From an uncultured Lentisphaerales bacterium (GTDB lineage: Bacteria > Verrucomicrobiota > Lentisphaeria > JABSQK01 > JAJFLO01), in NCBI GenBank assembly GCA_964615975.1, contig CAZTTH010000008.1, forward strand, positions 13,814 to 77,813: DNA of 64,000 bases, in the 5' to 3' direction. The position numbers and the translations under genes are program-made. Positions 59,900 through 64,000 of the stretch are shown here, piece after piece; the first letter of the stretch is position 1, and every line of letters starts with the position of its first letter. The notes beneath the pieces are model-generated. The model made no database searches. It had not been told where the DNA came from and saw nothing but the letters and a program-made list of their open reading frames with translations.

Positions 59900-60603
59900 G
59901 GGGTGACGTTTGTTTCCAATTAATTATATTAGTATCGATTCAAGTACATTTGGTTTTCACGATATTATTCGCTCTCGTACGATTATCTGATTATATACTA
60001 ATCGTTATCAGGTTTTCTTAATTTTATTGATCTGGGATGGATGTCTTTTGTAAGCCCGAAGGGCTGAGATGTAGCCCAGGGTAACACCCTTGGGTAGGTT
60101 AAATCAATGAAAATTTAGCTGTGAAGGAGTGTAATAAATGTTGGAAATTCCGAAAACCTGATTCATACAAGTTTATAACTATCCTCACAATCTTGATCGA
60201 GATTTTTTTTATGTTAGATCAGTCGAATCCTTTTTGGCAACCTCCCCCTTGTCTCTTCATCAGATGTGGATCCATGTCCCGGTCATACTTTTGAAGATAC
60301 AAACTTGACGAGAATAAAATGCACCGTTCCCCGGCAGTCGTGGGCGGGCGGAGAATTCACCCCTATTACTTGATCATTACAATAGCGGAGTTCAAGTTTT
60401 ACTCAGATACTCATGATGATTGATTAATGTGCTTCTCAAGTTTTAGGAGATTGAGGGATCTAATCGACACTCCTCTTTAATGAAATCTTGGTCAAGATTG
60501 GCATTCACATTTGGTGCGGGCAAGGAATACCGAAACAGCAAACCCTTCCAGGGAAATCAGCCTCGAGGTTTGAGTGAGTGATAATAATTGACAGCACTAC
60601 AGA

Positions 60604-60631
60604 GTAAAAAATCACTTCGTTTGAAGTGATT
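60604..60631 (-). terminator. rho-independent terminator overlapping the HEAT-protein gene stop region
   Basis: On the minus strand: AATCACTTC-aaac-GAAGTGATT, followed by TTTTTT. Confidence 0.6.
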
Positions 60632-60632
60632 A

Positions 60633-62219
60633 TCATTGGGGTACAAATTGTGGTATGGTTGGGGGAAAAGACAGACTTCCGCCAAGTAGGGGTAGAATCA
60701 GTTGCCGCAAGGTGATATCCGTGGTGGTGGCCGCGATTTCCTGGAGTAATATTGTCCCCTTATCAGGTTGAAAACGGAGTAAATGGGTGAGGACTTGCTG
60801 GCGCAATAACTGATCCTTGTCAGCCAGGGTTTGGGTGGTGATTGTTTCCCAATTGTCCAGCTGGCGACGAATGATTTCTCCCACTGCGTCTGAACGAATC
60901 GATTGTTGATCGTCGAGCATTAATTCTTCCAGCAGCAATGCGGCATCCCCATTGTTGAGTCGCCGGGAGAGCAGAATAGCGGTTTTGCGGTTGTCACCAA
61001 AACGACTTTTAGCCAGTGACATAAGTTGGGCGGTGGTTGGTTGTGGAATGCGGGGTAATAATTGTTCTGCAGCCTCGCGCACCGACCTGTCATTGTCGCA
61101 TGCCAAACTAAATAGCAGCTCAACATCTGATTCGAAACGATAGTGTAATCCGTATGTTTTCAATGCCATGGTGCGATAGCCGGGATTCGGATGTTTCATG
61201 AGTTCCTGCAAAGCAGTCCTGCCGGAATCTCCCAATACTGGCATTGATTGAATAATGGATTCCGCGAGTGTGGGATCGATTCGCGGATCATCAAGTGCTT
61301 GTCGCAATGTTTTATCGTGAGCTGGTTGACCGTGAAGAAGTAATTTTAAGCGTGCGGAATGCGCAATTTCAAAATCGCTGTCTTTGATCATTTCTTCTAG
61401 GATTTTATCTGCGCGTTTGTCATTGAATTGACCTAATATTTGGGTAAGGCGTTTACGGATGGAAATATCAGGATCCTGAGTCAGTCTGGCAATGGTCTCG
61501 AAGAGCTCCGGCATCGACAATGTTATTGATGCCGCCTGCAACGCCAACATGCGGACATCGCGATCGGCATCCAGTAATAATTTTTTTAAGTTCTCGGCGG
61601 GTAAAATTGTTTGGAAATAATGGTAATAGGTTATCATGTTTTTTCGCACGGTGACATCGCTATCCGCAAAGGCTTTTACCAGTGCGACTTTCAATTGTTC
61701 GTCAAACTCCTGTCCCGGCGTGATAATAATACCCCAACTCCGGAAGCGAAAAATTTCCGGAATATAAGATGAAATAATGCGTCGGATATAAACGTCTTCA
61801 TCGGCGATCATCTCCAGCATCGTTTGGGCGATGGTGGCGGGAATAGCTTTTTTTTCGGTAAGTGATACCAGGGCTGAACGACGAATTAGGGAAGCTGGAT
61901 CTCGCAATGATTTCTGAATTCCCAGCATAGCATTCGGTTGATTATATTTGCCCAATATCAACACCGCACGTTGACGGACTTCCACCTGTGTGGAATTCAA
62001 ATCGGCAAGGCATTTGGCAATGGTTTCCTCTTCCGTTTCTACTCCAGATATGAAAGGTTGGTTTTGGCAGTATCCTGATTGCATAATCAGCACAAATGCC
62101 CCCAGAATGATGACAGAATTGAAATACGGGAAACTAACCCCCTGAAAAACCCAAGTTTTTGTCAATGCCTGAAACATGGTAATTTCTGCTACTCTTTTTC
62201 GTCCTCCTATCCCTATCAT
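60633..62219 (-). CDS. HEAT-repeat protein with an N-terminal signal/anchor
   Basis: Repeated ~30-aa units of the type D.D..VR..A...L (EVRQRAVLILG, SLIRRSALVSL, DVTVRKNM, DRDVRMLALQA, DISIRKRL, DRSVREAAEQ). Confidence 0.7.
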   Translation of the reverse strand: MIGIGGRKRVAEITMFQALTKTWVFQGVSFPYFNSVIILGAFVLIMQSGYCQNQPFISGVETEEETIAKCLADLNSTQVEVRQRAVLILGKYNQPNAMLGIQKSLRDPASLIRRSALVSLTEKKAIPATIAQTMLEMIADEDVYIRRIISSYIPEIFRFRSWGIIITPGQEFDEQLKVALVKAFADSDVTVRKNMITYYHYFQTILPAENLKKLLLDADRDVRMLALQAASITLSMPELFETIARLTQDPDISIRKRLTQILGQFNDKRADKILEEMIKDSDFEIAHSARLKLLLHGQPAHDKTLRQALDDPRIDPTLAESIIQSMPVLGDSGRTALQELMKHPNPGYRTMALKTYGLHYRFESDVELLFSLACDNDRSVREAAEQLLPRIPQPTTAQLMSLAKSRFGDNRKTAILLSRRLNNGDAALLLEELMLDDQQSIRSDAVGEIIRRQLDNWETITTQTLADKDQLLRQQVLTHLLRFQPDKGTILLQEIAATTTDITLRQLILPLLGGSLSFPPTIPQFVPQ

Positions 62220-62731
62220 TTTCGTTTACCTTTCTTTCCTTGAGTGCTTACTCATCGGATCGGATGCAAGTAACTCTTTGCCGTAAAAGCAATTATCCGG
62301 CATATCGCATTAAGTCATTTTGGTCTCAAGACCAAAGCGTAATCATTACAGACTGCTGAAGGGGGATGACACATTTTTTTTCACTCATAGAATTTTAATT
62401 CACCAATCAATTAACTGCCTGGAAGCCCTTCTCGGCTTTTCCCGCTGACGTAAACCGATACGAATGTGTGCTTTCTGAGACCTACCCTGATTGGTTATAC
62501 CCTCAATAATGATTTATGTTGCAATTCCCACTTCCAATATTGGGAAGGGAATCATCTCTCAGTAATATCTCTTCAGGGAGAACAGTATCGACCGCGTATA
62601 ACACCACAGAGAGGTCCTGAGCCTGACATTACATGTTTAACGGCCATTATTTGAAAGATTGGTGAACGGTTGTGCAACGGAGTGTGGATATTCGCAGAGA
62701 ACCGCATTGATCAAAATCCCAGCTTGGATCT

Positions 62732-63832
62732 TTACAATTTACCAATCCGTTTTAAAACGCGAAGTATGTCGTCACCGCTGTTGCCGTGTGAGGCCGCGAC
62801 GTCGCGAGCTTCCATGCCAAGGTCTACTTCTAATTTAGGCAAAGTCACATATTGGTCGACTGCTTTTTTTACTCGGGTTCGTTTATGATGACCGGAAATT
62901 TGATTGAAATCATCGACTAATTCGAGCGGTTTACGTGAATATAATACCGACACGGTAATCAAGGGTTTCTTTATTTGTGGATTGTGGATTACACTGTAAA
63001 TCGGCGACACTCCATCCGTGGCAAAAAAATCAATAATATCATAAAACTTTGAGGTTAATTCGGGATCAGGCAATTCCAATAGGAACAGCGCTTCAATTGC
63101 TCCTTCTGGCGCCAACAACAATGGATTATGATGATTTTGATATTGGGTTCCAAACGACTTATTGGGATCAAATACAAACTGACAAAAGTGATTAAAATAT
63201 GGCTTGCTTTTGTACAGCGAAAAATCTTCGTGATCAATATTGCCATCCAGATTGGCAAGCTTAGCGTTTTTATCCGGAATAATGAGAAATTGCCGCAAGG
63301 AATCGATTACCATTTCATTATATGTTTTTTCAGCCAATCTTTCTGTGAACTTTACCCGGTTCGAGAATAATACCATATTTCCCGTATTTCCAGTATCGAT
63401 GGCTGCGGAAACCGGACCTTGTAAAAATATCAAGGTATTATCAACATATTCAGATGCTTCCAATTCTGGATATGGAAGAACAAACACAAACATGGTTTTG
63501 TTCGCTAGGGGTATGGTTTCATTCCCACTCAATCTTTCAAGTATTTGCGAGCAGATCCCATTGCCGGTGCCACCGCCTGTAGAACTAAAAACGATGTTGC
63601 CTCGTATAATTTCAAGAAGTTTATCGCTGATGGAATGGTATGCCTCTCGACCAATCTGGGGTTCTTTCCTGGCGCCCTTGAATTGATCCTTATATGAATG
63701 GATGACTGCCCGTATTTTTTCCTGTGCGGCCACCTTGTCCAGTTCCACCTCAGAAATATTCACAATTATCGCCTCACCATTATCCAATAATGAAGCCAAC
63801 TTGCTGCCTGCTCCGCCGATGCCAATACTCAT
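62732..63832 (-). CDS. divergent FtsZ/tubulin-superfamily GTPase (366 aa)
   Basis: T1 loop GIGGAGSK; T3-like GARKEPQIGREA; T4 tubulin signature SSTGGGTGNG; T7-like NLDGNIDHED. The GGAGG Shine-Dalgarno lies 8 nt upstream of the ATG. Confidence 0.7.
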   Translation of the reverse strand: MSIGIGGAGSKLASLLDNGEAIIVNISEVELDKVAAQEKIRAVIHSYKDQFKGARKEPQIGREAYHSISDKLLEIIRGNIVFSSTGGGTGNGICSQILERLSGNETIPLANKTMFVFVLPYPELEASEYVDNTLIFLQGPVSAAIDTGNTGNMVLFSNRVKFTERLAEKTYNEMVIDSLRQFLIIPDKNAKLANLDGNIDHEDFSLYKSKPYFNHFCQFVFDPNKSFGTQYQNHHNPLLLAPEGAIEALFLLELPDPELTSKFYDIIDFFATDGVSPIYSVIHNPQIKKPLITVSVLYSRKPLELVDDFNQISGHHKRTRVKKAVDQYVTLPKLEVDLGMEARDVAASHGNSGDDILRVLKRIGKL

Positions 63833-63835
63833 GTT

Positions 63836-64000
63836 TTAGCCCTCCAGAAAAAGAGATGATTTGGTGGTGAATGATCGTTGTTTTATTAATATTTCCAATG
63901 CTTTTGCGCCTTCCTTGGTGATATAAAGATTGCGCCGATTTTGCTCCAATAGAATGGCAATAAAACACAGCAGTGAAAGCGATTCGATATATGTCATTGC
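63836..64000 (-). CDS. small ORF (at least 53 aa, possibly truncated by the window edge) translationally coupled to the FtsZ-like gene
   Basis: The frame is open to nt 64000 and reads (A)MTYIESLSLLCFIAILLEQNRRNLYITKEGAKALEILIKQRSF.... Its TAA stop is 3 nt before the FtsZ-like ATG. The C-terminal half is reminiscent of a wHTH wing (YITKEGAKALE). Confidence 0.35.
   Translation of the reverse strand, partial: AMTYIESLSLLCFIAILLEQNRRNLYITKEGAKALEILIKQRSFTTKSSLFLEG

Noticed and set aside
62319-62338. Hairpin TTTGGTCT-caa-GACCAAA in the spacer between the FtsZ-like and HEAT genes, considered as a terminator.
   Set aside because: It is not followed by a T-run on either strand. There is not enough evidence for a terminator call.

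Overview
The window splits into two parts.

**1. Accessory, defence-type island (about nt 2,000-20,700), almost entirely on the minus strand.** It ends next to an RNase P RNA gene (rnpB, about 20951-21407). In order it carries:
- a decayed vapBC toxin-antitoxin pair
- a DUF2760 + non-canonical Hsp70 pair
- an SF1/UvrD-like helicase with a RelE/ParE-like N-terminal domain
- a tightly coupled three-gene operon of unknown function (TIGR04255-like plus two orphans)
- a type III-like restriction-modification locus in the order res - fic - truncated rhuM - orphan RHH antitoxin - mod - AlbA_2/Schlafen-like ATPase

The island shows several sequence-level recombination scars:
- a 96-nt diverged copy of the helicase 5' end lies upstream of the three-gene cassette
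- the Res C-terminal tail is duplicated onto a truncated RhuM

The mod ORF also contains several small palindromic insertions that keep the reading frame. One is a complete four-helix-bundle (23S-IVS/Avd-like) gene nested in another frame.

**2. Housekeeping core (about 21.4-62 kb).** Genes recognised: alaS (short form), recF, dnaN, pilT/pilC, cdaA/cdaR, hpt, queE/queD, pyrC, gyrB/gyrA, a Ser/Thr kinase, cmk, rarA, rny, nadE and pheS.

**Right edge.** A divergent FtsZ/tubulin-like GTPase is translationally coupled to a small upstream ORF that is cut by the window end.

**Not found:** CRISPR array, tRNA, rRNA, transposase or integrase.

**Best candidates for something undescribed:**
- the helicase-associated three-gene cassette (5790-10125)
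- the frame-preserving nested IVS-like element in mod
- the DUF2760/Hsp70 pair
- the FtsZ-like operon

All functional calls rest on motif recognition by eye. No database search was run.
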